Below are positions 1 through 8,768 of a stretch of DNA of 64,000 nt, one piece after another (position 1 is the first letter of the stretch; each line of letters starts with the position of its first letter). Both the position numbers and the translations under genes were made by a program. The notes beneath the pieces were generated by a model that saw nothing but the letters and a program-made list of their open reading frames with translations, was not told the DNA's origin and did no database searches. The stretch is from Spirulina subsalsa PCC 9445 (GTDB lineage Bacteria; Cyanobacteriota; Cyanobacteriia; Cyanobacteriales; Spirulinaceae). The stretch is taken from positions 796,530 through 860,529 of the forward strand of contig NZ_JH980292.1 in NCBI RefSeq assembly GCF_000314005.1, written 5' to 3'.

Positions 1-258
1 ATTAGTAAGGCAATTACAAAGCGTCTCTTGTCATTTATCTCCCCTGATACACCAGAAGACAAAATTTTATTAGAAAACGTGGGATTAGAGTGTGAAGTGT
101 TAATGGTTAGTAATCCTGCCCCCGGTTGGCAAAAGGGAAAAGTTCGCGCCAAAGTCGTGTTAGAATTTTGTCCAAATGAACCAGATGCAGCCCCTCCTCA
201 AAGGCAACAACAGCCTGAATCTGTTTTAGATGATTTGCGTAATTATCGCGGAAACTAA
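1..258 (+). CDS. 3' part of a hypothetical protein. The frame is open from the window edge, and the listed 28..258 ORF begins at an internal TTG.
   Basis: No stop codon between base 1 and 258 in this frame. The product is not recognised from its sequence. Confidence 0.3.
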   Translation: MSKAITKRLLSFISPDTPEDKILLENVGLECEVLMVSNPAPGWQKGKVRAKVVLEFCPNEPDAAPPQRQQQPESVLDDLRNYRGN

Positions 259-261
259 GAC

Positions 262-285
262 AGAAGAAACCCGGTTTCTGTTACC
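262..285. terminator. Near-perfect palindrome AGAAACCCGGTTTCT just after the first ORF. Possible terminator or protein-binding site.
   Basis: Inverted repeat read directly, 4 nt after the stop of the 1..258 ORF. Confidence 0.3.
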
Positions 286-296
286 ATAATTTAGCT

Positions 297-334
297 CCGT
301 AGGTTGGGTGAAGCGAAGCGTAACCCAACCTACG
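297..334. repeat. REP-like hairpin CCGTAGGTTGGGT-GAAGCGAAGCGTA-ACCCAACCTACG with a 12-bp stem. Family member 1.
   Basis: Perfect inverted repeat. The same core (GTAGGTTGGGT ... ACCCAAC) recurs at 6943-6978 and twice in tandem at 32779-32849. Confidence 0.6.
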
Positions 335-377
335 AATTACTACGCTTTCAAATCTGGGAAGTCGCCCTCAAATGACT

Positions 378-1658
378 TCAGGATTCAATGATTCCTAAAA
401 CGACTTTGGGATCTAATTTTTCCTTAAACCAAATCACCCTAGCGGGAACTTCACTAGCTTTAATCCCTGACTTTTCTAAATTTAAACGCTCAGAAATAGC
501 TAAAATTAAATTATCCACATCGGCATGATGGACTTGATAGAACTTTTTGCGTAAATAATCCGGCCGCCAAAAGCCAATAATTTCTAAAATATAATCTCGC
601 CCGTCAGGATGAACGAGACGAAAATCAGGAATCATTACACTTCCGGGAATCGGGATTAGATTAACTTCTCGCTCTAAAATCCAGTCTGTTTTTGTCTTTT
701 CCCACCGTTTCGCAAAGGCTTCCTCTAACAGACTATCATAGGTTTTTCCCCTAGAATAATGACTCACTAAATCACATTGATCATCTAAACTAAAATAGCC
801 CTTTTTGGTTGCTCCGGTATATTGATCTTTCTGCTCTAAGGTGGCTTTTAAACTCCATTTCGTGACATGAAGAAGGGCGGGGATCATTTTAGCAAAGGCT
901 AATCCGTAGCGGGTACTAGATTTAAATAAACTGGTAGGGCCGTCTAGGGTAATGGTAAAGCCATGATCAACGTCTCCCTCAATATAAAACATCAGTTGGA
1001 AGAGTTTTAAATAACGAAACAATAACTTATATTCTCCCGGAACGTTGCGATGAGCGTTTAAGATAACTTGACTGGCACGATAAAAAATACCTTGAACTTG
1101 TGAGAGGTTGTAACGATGGATGAGGGTGGTGGGGGCGGGGGCTTCAAATTGGGTTAAAATACGGTTTTCTTGTAAGTCTGCATAAAGGCCTTGTAAAATA
1201 TCACTGGGGAGAACTTCTCGGTTTAGTTCTTGGCTGAGAGTAGAACAGAGACTTTGTAAGGTATTGTTACGTTGATGAGGAAGTGGGGGAGTTTTTGCGG
1301 CTTCGGTAAAGACGCGCTGCCTGAGTAATTGGGGTTCTAGAGGACTGACGATTTCAAAGGTACTAAAACTATTCTTAAGTAGATGAGCTAGACCGCGTTT
1401 AGTGCGATAATTAGGACTGTCTCCTTCTAAATCATGGAGTTGTTTGTCTAATTCCCCTTGGGTTTTTCCGAGGCAGTTTTGAAAACATTCAATTTGTTCA
1501 TTAGCGATCGCAATTGTTGCATCATCTAGGGTTAAACGCTTGGGAATAATGGCTTCACCGCGTAGGCGATAACTGAGTAAATCACTGGGTAACATGGGGA
1601 ATTTTGAGTGAACAGCAGCCCGTTGCAAAAATAAAAAATAATTAGGGGTGGGTTGCAA
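378..1658 (-). CDS. DUF790-family (Bax1-like) predicted nuclease
   Basis: 426-aa ORF with a C-terminal region (IPDFRLVHPDGRDYILEIIGFW) resembling PD-(D/E)xK-type DUF790 proteins. Assigned from memory of the family, not searched. Confidence 0.45.
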   Translation of the reverse strand: MQPTPNYFLFLQRAAVHSKFPMLPSDLLSYRLRGEAIIPKRLTLDDATIAIANEQIECFQNCLGKTQGELDKQLHDLEGDSPNYRTKRGLAHLLKNSFSTFEIVSPLEPQLLRQRVFTEAAKTPPLPHQRNNTLQSLCSTLSQELNREVLPSDILQGLYADLQENRILTQFEAPAPTTLIHRYNLSQVQGIFYRASQVILNAHRNVPGEYKLLFRYLKLFQLMFYIEGDVDHGFTITLDGPTSLFKSSTRYGLAFAKMIPALLHVTKWSLKATLEQKDQYTGATKKGYFSLDDQCDLVSHYSRGKTYDSLLEEAFAKRWEKTKTDWILEREVNLIPIPGSVMIPDFRLVHPDGRDYILEIIGFWRPDYLRKKFYQVHHADVDNLILAISERLNLEKSGIKASEVPARVIWFKEKLDPKVVLGIIES

Positions 1659-1704
1659 CGTATGATTAGAGATTGGGTAAAATTATTACGGTGACTGTTA
1701 TTTT

Positions 1705-2883
1705 ATGACTAGCACAATCTTTAGGCCGTTGGAAAGCAGACCGGATAGTTATAAAGCTTTGTATCAGCAAGGTGAAGCGTTGCGAGATCGGCGGCGCTAT
1801 GAGGAGGCTTTAGTTTATTATGATAAGGCGATCGCCTGCAACCCCGAGGACTTTTGGGCATGGTATCGCCGAGGCACGGTATTAGAAGAATTAGAGCAGT
1901 ATACAGAGGCTGTAGAAAGCTATCAGATTTCAGTAGAGTTAGACGAAAAGGCTTACTGGGCTTGGTATAGTTTGGGCTGTATTAGCTTGGATGAGTTGGC
2001 GGAATATGAAAATGCGATCGCCTATTTCGGGAAAGCAATTGAAATTCAGCCCGATGATTATTGGAGCCATTACCGTCAAGGGGAAGCTTGGCGACGTTGG
2101 GGGAATCCGGAGCAGGCGATCGCTTGTTTTGATCGAGCGCTAAAATTACGTCCGGGAGACTATTGGGCTTCCTACCGTCGGGGGGATGCCTTCCGCCAAG
2201 GGGGGGAACTCGAAAAAGCCCTCTGGAGTTACGAACAAGCGGTACAAGCCAAGCCTCGGGACTATTGGGCATTATATCAATGTGCCAAAATGTTCAAACA
2301 TTTAGGCAATTTTTCCGCCGCGATTAACAGTTATGAACAAGCCCTCAAGGTGCGCCCGGATGAGGATGCAGCTTGGTATGAGTTAGCTATTTGTTATGGC
2401 ATGGTGGATGATTTACGGGGAACAGTTCGTGCGTTAGATGAGGCGATTTATCTTTATCCCAGTAAGTATCAAGAATTAGCCCGCACAGAAATTATTTTTA
2501 AACGCTTTAATGATGAGCGAGATTTTCAGTGTTTGTTTGATTATTGGGATGATGTTTCCTGTGAGGAAAATAATCCTGACAATGAGGCGTTAGATCCAGA
2601 AGCAAATCAGGAGTTAACGACAAGTACATCTTCCGAATTGTTAGGGGATTTGGATCGGGAAGTGCCAACAGAATCGGAGTTAGTGGCGGAGGACGTTGTA
2701 GCCGAAAGTGCTGATTCTGTGCCGAATGTGGCAGATGTTCAGGCTGAATTATCTCTAGATACTGAAGTAGAACCACCTGCTTCTGTAGGAGCAGAGAAGG
2801 ATAGTAAACTGGATGTGCTAACGGTGAGTCAGTCTTCAGAATCTGTGGGAGATTCTGTTGAAAGTGACGGGGAAGAAAAGTAG
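1705..2883 (+). CDS. TPR-repeat protein with a long acidic, low-complexity C-terminal tail
   Basis: Repeated W/Y-rich 34-residue units (AWYRRG, YWAWYSLG, YWSHYRQG, YWASYRRG, YWALYQ). The C-terminal 90 aa are rich in D, E and S. Confidence 0.7.
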   Translation: MTSTIFRPLESRPDSYKALYQQGEALRDRRRYEEALVYYDKAIACNPEDFWAWYRRGTVLEELEQYTEAVESYQISVELDEKAYWAWYSLGCISLDELAEYENAIAYFGKAIEIQPDDYWSHYRQGEAWRRWGNPEQAIACFDRALKLRPGDYWASYRRGDAFRQGGELEKALWSYEQAVQAKPRDYWALYQCAKMFKHLGNFSAAINSYEQALKVRPDEDAAWYELAICYGMVDDLRGTVRALDEAIYLYPSKYQELARTEIIFKRFNDERDFQCLFDYWDDVSCEENNPDNEALDPEANQELTTSTSSELLGDLDREVPTESELVAEDVVAESADSVPNVADVQAELSLDTEVEPPASVGAEKDSKLDVLTVSQSSESVGDSVESDGEEK

Positions 2884-2919
2884 TTTTAGGTTCGTTTTAA
2901 GACTCAATTTTAGAGGGGA

Positions 2920-3010
2920 GTCGGGAATAGGTAATAGGTAATAGGTAATAGACATCTCCCCCTCTCCCCTGCTCCCCCTCTCCCCCTATTCCCCGTTCCC
3001 TGTTCCCTTA
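2920..3010. repeat. Intergenic heptamer array (GGTAATA)x3 followed by a C-rich module (CCCCCTCTCCCCTGCTCCCC...GTTCCCTGTTCCC)
   Basis: Tandem units read directly. The same modules recur at 3816-3990, 4994-5160, 22985-23040 and 49555-49650. Confidence 0.7.
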
Positions 3011-3096
3011 ACTTGTCAAGATTGGGACTTGCCTGTTGAGCAAGGATCACGCTATGATGGTGAATTGTGTCGAATAAGTAGAATCGAAGCGAATTC

Positions 3097-3297
3097 ATGC
3101 CTAAACTAAAAACCCGTAGAGCGGCAGCCAAGCGGTTTAGAGCGACTGGAAGCGGCAAAATTCGCCGTCGCAAGGCGGGGAAAAACCACTTACTGCAACA
3201 TAAAAGCTCTGAACAAAAATATCGCCGCTTGTCCCAATTGTCTTTAGTCAGCGAGTCAGATGAGCCGAATGTGCGTCTGATGTTGCCCTATATGTAA
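3097..3297 (+). CDS. rpmI: 50S ribosomal protein L35
   Basis: [33 protein letters not shown] is the canonical L35 N-terminus. Length is 66 aa. Confidence 0.9.
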   Translation: MPKLKTRRAAAKRFRATGSGKIRRRKAGKNHLLQHKSSEQKYRRLSQLSLVSESDEPNVRLMLPYM

Positions 3298-3395
3298 TCA
3301 ATTGCCCATTGATTGTCAAGAGTCTAGTGTCAGAGTTCACTGATCTAGCCTGTTGTTGCCCAAATCTAACTTATCCAAAACCCTAATCAACTGCT

Positions 3396-3743
3396 ATGAC
3401 AAGAGTAGTAAGGGGCAATGTTGCCCGGAAACGTCGTAAAAAAATCCTCAAACTCGCCAAAGGGTTTAGAGGTTCTCATTCTAAACTGTTCCGCACCGCG
3501 AACCAACAGGTGATGAAGGCTTTGCGGAATGCTTATCGCGATCGCCGCAAACGGAAACGCGATTTTCGTCGTCTGTGGATTGTACGCATTAATGCGGCGG
3601 CTAGACAACATGGTATTAGCTACAGCCAACTGACGAACAAGCTAAAACAAGCTAACATTCAACTCAATCGTAAGATGTTGGCTCAGTTAGCCGTTTTAGA
3701 TCCCGAAGCTTTTACTAAAGTGGTGGAATTGGCGACGAAATAA
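3396..3743 (+). CDS. rplT: 50S ribosomal protein L20
   Basis: [35 protein letters not shown] is the canonical L20 N-terminus. The gene sits immediately downstream of rpmI. Confidence 0.9.
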   Translation: MTRVVRGNVARKRRKKILKLAKGFRGSHSKLFRTANQQVMKALRNAYRDRRKRKRDFRRLWIVRINAAARQHGISYSQLTNKLKQANIQLNRKMLAQLAVLDPEAFTKVVELATK

Positions 3744-3777
3744 GCCGAGAATGACCAAAATCAAGGTTTTTCCTGAG

Positions 3778-3808
3778 AAAAGGGACAAGATTTGTCTTGT
3801 CCCTTTTT
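3778..3808 (+). terminator. Rho-independent terminator after rplT (stem AAGGGACAAGA / TCTTGTCCCTT followed by TTTT)
   Basis: 11-bp perfect stem, 4-nt loop and a T-run, located 35 nt after the rplT stop. An A-run upstream means it could also terminate the convergent ctaB transcript. Confidence 0.6.
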
Positions 3809-3815
3809 GGTGTTT

Positions 3816-3990
3816 AGAGAACAGGGAACGGGAAGGGGAGCAGGGGAGAGGGGGAATAGTGGGTAGTGAATAGCCGAAAGTCTTGACTATTGCCTTTTCC
3901 CGATTCCCGACTCCCTAGGGCGCAAGCATTGCGCCCCTACACCGACTCCCGACTCCCTATTCCCGATTCCCTCCCCAGACAAAACCTAAC
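3816..3990. repeat. Composite intergenic repeat block: GGGAACA-type heptamers, a C-rich module in reverse orientation, and a 45-bp hairpin unit at 3906-3950
   Basis: The 45-bp unit CCCGACTCCCTAGGGCGCAAGCATTGCGCCCCTACACCGACTCCC recurs as its reverse complement at 5003-5047, on the other side of ctaB. Confidence 0.65.
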
Positions 3991-4933
3991 TCAAGCCACC
4001 GTGAGTTAAAAAGGCGATCGCCTGATGGGTAACAGGTAAGCTATCCACTACCATCCCAGTACAAAGTAGCATCATGTACAAGATGGAATATTTAAACATG
4101 GACTTGGCTAATTCTTTATCTGTCGGCGCTTGATAGAGTTGCCAAGCTTTGCGGATAAAGATCACCCCCAAAAGGGCGGCAATCGTGCCGTAAACGACAC
4201 CAGACACCCCCAAGGGATAAATCAACAAGAAGCTACAAGGAACCACCAACAGGGTATATAAACCAATCTGTTGAACGGTTTTTTCTTCCCCCACAATCAC
4301 GGGCAACATGGGAACATTGACCTGGGCGTAATCATCGCGAATCATGAGGGCTAAAGCCCAGAAGTGGGGGGGAGTCCAGAGGAAGATCAGGCCAAACAGC
4401 AGCCAAGCGGGCCAAGCCAGTTCCCCGGTGACGGCTGTCCAGCCTACGAGGGGGGGAATAGACCCGGCCGCCCCACCAATGACGATGTTTTGGGTGCTAT
4501 GCCGTTTCAGGAAATGGGTGTAGATGACCATATAAAAGGCGATGCCGGACAGGGCGAGGAATCCACTCAAAAGATTGACGAAGAGGGCAAAGAGGCTAAA
4601 AGAGAGGACTCCTAGGGCGATCGCAAAAATGAAGGCATGGCGGGGCTGAACACGACCAGAAGGGATGGGGCGTTTCCGCGTCCGCACCATTTCGTAGTCA
4701 ATATCTTGATCATAAATGCAGTTGAGGGTCTGGGCTGAAGCCGCCGCTAGTGTTCCCCCTAACAAGGTGATGAAGAGGAGAAACGGATCCACTTCTCCCT
4801 CGGAGGCAATCCACATCGCGGCCGCTGTGGTAATCAGCAGCAAGGGGATAATCCGAGGTTTCGTTAATTGGTAGTAACTTTTGAGAACGTCTAAGAAATT
4901 CTCGTGTCTGGGCGAGTAACTGGTCCCAATCAT
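3986..4933 (-). CDS. ctaB: Protoheme IX farnesyltransferase (heme O synthase)
   Basis: 315-aa polytopic membrane protein with UbiA-family motifs (DxxxD region, [12 protein letters not shown]). Sits next to ctaA and ctaCDE. Confidence 0.85.
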   Translation of the reverse strand: MIGTSYSPRHENFLDVLKSYYQLTKPRIIPLLLITTAAAMWIASEGEVDPFLLFITLLGGTLAAASAQTLNCIYDQDIDYEMVRTRKRPIPSGRVQPRHAFIFAIALGVLSFSLFALFVNLLSGFLALSGIAFYMVIYTHFLKRHSTQNIVIGGAAGSIPPLVGWTAVTGELAWPAWLLFGLIFLWTPPHFWALALMIRDDYAQVNVPMLPVIVGEEKTVQQIGLYTLLVVPCSFLLIYPLGVSGVVYGTIAALLGVIFIRKAWQLYQAPTDKELAKSMFKYSILYMMLLCTGMVVDSLPVTHQAIAFLTHGGLS

Positions 4934-4993
4934 TCAGTTCTTTTCCTTGTTCTAGGGTACAAAATTGATCATTGATAATTGAGGCTTGTTGAC

Positions 4994-5160
4994 TAGGGAA
5001 TTGGGAGTCGGTGTAGGGGCGCAATGCTTGCGCCCTAGGGAGTCGGGAGTCGGGAGTTGATTAGTATTCCCCATTACCTATTACCTATTACCTATTACCT
5101 ATTACCTATTACCTATCCCCTGTTCCCCGTTCCCCGTTCCCTGTTCCCTTCTTCAACAAT
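4994..5160. repeat. Composite repeat block: inverted copy of the 45-bp hairpin unit, (CGGGAGT)x2, (TTACCTA)x6 and GTTCCCC/GTTCCCT heptamers
   Basis: Tandem heptamers read directly. Reverse complement of the 3906-3950 unit. Confidence 0.7.
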
Positions 5161-6094
5161 TACTGGTTGTTTCCTGTTGTGGGATTTGACGATTGCGAAT
5201 CCCTAAGACGGTGAAGCAAACGAGACTACCCAGTAGGGCGGCCCCGATGGCTTGGTGGGAGATGGTGAGGGGTTCAATTTGCAGGTGGAGGTAGTAGGTG
5301 CCAACTCCTAAGAGAATTTGTAAGAGGAGTAAGGCCCCGGTGATTTGGGCTAGAGTCCGTAAACCGCGAGGGAGGGCAGGGGTGCGCCAGGCCAGAATCA
5401 CTAGGGTTAGGGTGGCAATGGTGGCGGGAATGACTCCCACCAGGTGGCTATACATCACTGCACAGAGTTGGGAACCGGCTAGACATTGGTGCAAAGCCCA
5501 CCGGGACCCAACTAAACCGCCGAGAAGACTTTGTAAGTAAATCAACAGGGCGGCTAAACCACTAACCCAGGGTAGGTTTTTCCCGACTCCGGTTCTTTGT
5601 TGGGGGAGGAGGAAACAGCCCATCACTAAGAGGGTGGAGAAGAAGAGGAGGGCGGTTCCGAGGTGGGCGGTTACGATGTCAAAGCGGAGGAGTTGGGTAA
5701 CGGTGAGGCCGCCCAGTAACCCTTGCACGAGGATGAGGGCGAGGGCTAGGGTGGAAGCCCAAGGCACCCAACGGGGGAGACGCTGCCGCCACCAGAGGGA
5801 GAGTCCCAACAGGGCGATCGCACTTAAACCAATTAAGGCCGCGTCTAGGCGATGAAACCACTCTAGAAAAACTTGTAGATTCATCTGTTGGGCGGGTATC
5901 CATTGGCCATAACAGAGGGGCCAATCGGGACAAGCTAATCCCGCATTCATCACGCGGGTAGCACTCCCCACGGCCATTAAGAGAAAGGTTGCGATCGCCA
6001 TTTTCCACAGTAAACGGCGAATCTGATCTTGAGGTTGTGCCACCTCTGGGGAAGTTGTAGGCGAATTTTGGGGGGGTAAAACCGATTCTGTCAT
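5153..6094 (-). CDS. ctaA: Heme A synthase (COX15/CtaA family)
   Basis: 313-aa membrane protein with the CPDWPLC motif and paired Cys/His segments. Lies between ctaE and ctaB. Confidence 0.75.
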   Translation of the reverse strand: MTESVLPPQNSPTTSPEVAQPQDQIRRLLWKMAIATFLLMAVGSATRVMNAGLACPDWPLCYGQWIPAQQMNLQVFLEWFHRLDAALIGLSAIALLGLSLWWRQRLPRWVPWASTLALALILVQGLLGGLTVTQLLRFDIVTAHLGTALLFFSTLLVMGCFLLPQQRTGVGKNLPWVSGLAALLIYLQSLLGGLVGSRWALHQCLAGSQLCAVMYSHLVGVIPATIATLTLVILAWRTPALPRGLRTLAQITGALLLLQILLGVGTYYLHLQIEPLTISHQAIGAALLGSLVCFTVLGIRNRQIPQQETTSNC

Positions 6095-6164
6095 AGTCTC
6101 TCAAAGGGTAGGGCGTGAACTCCCCCACCCTGCCACAGGGTAGGGTGGAGCTTCGGGATTCAAC

Positions 6165-6782
6165 TTAAAGGTGGGTGAGGATATACAGCAGGGCGAATAA
6201 AACAATCCAGATGATATCGACGAAGTGCCAGTAAATCTCCGCCATCTCTACTCCGGTATGTTTGGACTCGTTGTAATGTCCATCACGGCGCGATCGCCAA
6301 ACCACGCCCAAAATGAGTAAAACCCCCACCAATACATGGAGGCCATGAAAGCCCGTCATCACATAAAAACAGCCGGAAAAAACATTAGTAGACAGGCCAT
6401 AACCCAGATTCAAATATTCATAAACCTGTCCCCCCAAGAAGATAATTCCCATCAGGGCTGTAGCGACATACCAAAAGCGCATCCCTCCCACATTATTTTT
6501 CTTAATGGCGCTATCCCCTTGGTGAATGACAAAACTACTGGAGATCAGAATAATGGTATTGATGGCGGGGAGTAATAACTCAACTTCTGTTCCTTCCGGT
6601 GGCCAAGTGGTAGTCGAGGCTCTATAGATTAAATAGGAGGCAAATAAGCCCCCAAACATGAGGGATTCTGAGGCTAAAAAGATGAGTAAGCCCAATAAGC
6701 GATAATCTTCATGTTCCCCATGACTTTCGCTATGGGCAACAGGTTTACCGCCATTTTTTGAAGCATCAATAATTGTGGTCAT
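6165..6782 (-). CDS. ctaE: Cytochrome c oxidase subunit III
   Basis: 205-aa protein with seven hydrophobic segments and subunit-III-like sequence (FHGLHVLVG). Downstream of ctaD. Confidence 0.85.
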   Translation of the reverse strand: MTTIIDASKNGGKPVAHSESHGEHEDYRLLGLLIFLASESLMFGGLFASYLIYRASTTTWPPEGTEVELLLPAINTIILISSSFVIHQGDSAIKKNNVGGMRFWYVATALMGIIFLGGQVYEYLNLGYGLSTNVFSGCFYVMTGFHGLHVLVGVLLILGVVWRSRRDGHYNESKHTGVEMAEIYWHFVDIIWIVLFALLYILTHL

Positions 6783-6889
6783 GCTGTATTGTCCTTTTGT
6801 AATTTACGGCATTTATTCGGAGAGAATTGGGCTAATTTAGCCTAAGTTTTTCGCCCATTTTGTTATTTTTAAAACATCTCCTGTGATTG

Positions 6890-6990
6890 ACGAATGATTC
6901 CCCGTAGGGGCGGATTGCATCCGCCCATGAGGTTAGGGTTTTGTTGGGTTTCGCGCTTGGCTGCACCCAACCTACGGGTCAGTTTGAGGG
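6890..6990. repeat. Two adjacent hairpins in the ctaD-ctaE spacer: GGGCGGAT-TGC-ATCCGCCC, and the GTTGGGT...ACCCAACCTACG REP-like element
   Basis: Inverted repeats read directly. The second is a member of the REP-like family seen at 297-334 and 32779-32849. Confidence 0.55.
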
Positions 6991-7005
6991 CGAAGAAATT
7001 CCGCC

Positions 7006-8694
7006 TTAACTGACCTCTGCTTTCACTTCTTCCAGCATTTCCTCGACGGTTTCCTCTGCTGGGCTTTGGGTATCAATGCCATAGTCATAGGGGCCAGCCC
7101 AGAGAATGGGTTCTTCGTCGAAGTTTTCGATGGCCGGGGGGGAGGTGGTTTGCCACTCCAAGGTTAAAGCGCGCCAAGGATTGCGCCCGGCCGGTTGACC
7201 TTTCATCCAACTCCAAACCATATTCACGATGAACGGCAACACCGAAAAGCCCAATAACATGGAACCATAGGTGCAAATTTGATTAATGGTGGTGAATTGG
7301 GGGTCATACATGGCAATCCGCCGAGGCATCCCTTTTAAGCCCAATTCGTGCATGGGTAAAAAGGTTAAATTCGCCCCAATGAAGGTTAAAACAAAGTGAA
7401 TGCGACCGAGGGTTTCGTTATACATCCGCCCGGTGATTTTGGGGAACCAGTGATAAATGGCCGCATAGATACCAAACACGGAACCGCCGAATAAGACATA
7501 GTGGAAATGCGCCACGACATAGTAGGTGTCGTGAACGTGGAGGTCAAAGGGGGCAGTGCCTAATGTCACTCCACTCAGTCCACCAAACACAAACATGGCC
7601 AACAAACCCACCCCGAAGAGTAAGGGGGAAGTGTAGCGGATTTTGCCACCCCAGAGGGTTGCAACCCAGCTAAAGATTTTAACCCCTGTGGGGACGGCGA
7701 CAATGAGGGTTGAGATGGTGAAAAACATCCGCATCCAGGGGGGGGTGCCACTGGTGAACATATGGTGAACCCAGACAAATAGCCCCACAATACAAATGGC
7801 GAGACTGGAATAGGCGATCGCCTTATAACCAAAAATCGGCTTACGGACATGGGTAGGAATGACTTCCGACATGATGCCGAAAATGGGCAGAATCATCAAA
7901 TAAACGGCCGGGTGGGAATAAAACCAGAATAAGTGCTGATAAACCACCACATTTCCCCCCATTTCTGGGCGAAAGAACCCTGTCCCGAAGTTAATATCAA
8001 ACAACAGCAGGATTAAACCCGCCGCTAAAACCGGGGTAGAAAACAGGGCTAAAATGGAAGTTGCCACCATTGCCCAACAAAATAGGGGCAGTTGATCCCA
8101 ACTCATGCCGGGGGTGCGCATTTTGAAGATGGTCACTAAAAAGTTGAGTGACCCCATAATGGAGGAACTCCCCACCAACACAATGGCCAAAATCCAGAGG
8201 GACTGACCGACATTATTGGTGATTAAACTCAAGGGGGGGTAAGAAGTCCAGCCCGATTGAGCGCCGCCGAAAAATAGGCTGATGATCAGTAATAATCCGG
8301 CCGGGGGGTTTAACCAAAAGGCGATCGCATTCAAATTCGGGAACGCCATATCCTTCGCCCCAATCATCAAGGGAATCAAATAATTCCCAAACCCCCCAAT
8401 AGCCGCCGGAACAACCCAGAAAAAGATCATCATTGTTCCGTGATTGGTCAAAAAGGCGTTATACAACTCCGGGGAAAGTAGGTCAACATCTGGGGTCGAT
8501 AATTCCGCCCGCATAAAGAGCGCCATTACCCCACCAATCAAATAAAACAGAAACGACGTAACCAGATATTGAATCCCAATCACCTTATGATCGGTGTTGT
8601 ACCAAAAATAATGATACCAAGACCATTTTTCCGGGTGCTGATGACCCGTTGGCTGGCTAGGTGGTGTATCTAAGGGTAATTCTGCTTGTGTCAT
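7006..8694 (-). CDS. ctaD: Cytochrome c oxidase subunit I
   Basis: 562 aa with typical heme-copper oxidase subunit I sequence (WFFGHPEVY-like YQHLFWFYSHPAVY, HHMFT, WAHHMF region). Confidence 0.95.
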   Translation of the reverse strand: MTQAELPLDTPPSQPTGHQHPEKWSWYHYFWYNTDHKVIGIQYLVTSFLFYLIGGVMALFMRAELSTPDVDLLSPELYNAFLTNHGTMMIFFWVVPAAIGGFGNYLIPLMIGAKDMAFPNLNAIAFWLNPPAGLLLIISLFFGGAQSGWTSYPPLSLITNNVGQSLWILAIVLVGSSSIMGSLNFLVTIFKMRTPGMSWDQLPLFCWAMVATSILALFSTPVLAAGLILLLFDINFGTGFFRPEMGGNVVVYQHLFWFYSHPAVYLMILPIFGIMSEVIPTHVRKPIFGYKAIAYSSLAICIVGLFVWVHHMFTSGTPPWMRMFFTISTLIVAVPTGVKIFSWVATLWGGKIRYTSPLLFGVGLLAMFVFGGLSGVTLGTAPFDLHVHDTYYVVAHFHYVLFGGSVFGIYAAIYHWFPKITGRMYNETLGRIHFVLTFIGANLTFLPMHELGLKGMPRRIAMYDPQFTTINQICTYGSMLLGFSVLPFIVNMVWSWMKGQPAGRNPWRALTLEWQTTSPPAIENFDEEPILWAGPYDYGIDTQSPAEETVEEMLEEVKAEVS

Positions 8695-8768
8695 GAGTTA
8701 ATGCTTTCTACTGTTCTCGTCAATTCACGAACTCCCTCTCAGGAGTCCCCATCAGGACTGGTGTCCTC

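Noticed and set aside
1982-2776. Minus-strand ORFs 1982-2272 and 2507-2776 inside the TPR gene. Similar antisense ORFs: 4364-4615, 5298-5540, 5634-5855, 7085-7276, 7575-7850, 25947-26447, 48425-48832.
   Set aside because: All are embedded antisense or out-of-frame within well-supported genes and have biased, low-complexity translations. They are treated as spurious.
2910-3173. 87-aa minus-strand ORF in the track
   Set aside because: It lies entirely across the GGTAATA heptamer array and the C-rich repeat module, and overlaps the rpmI start. The translation is low-complexity (G/R-rich) and looks like repeat-derived noise.
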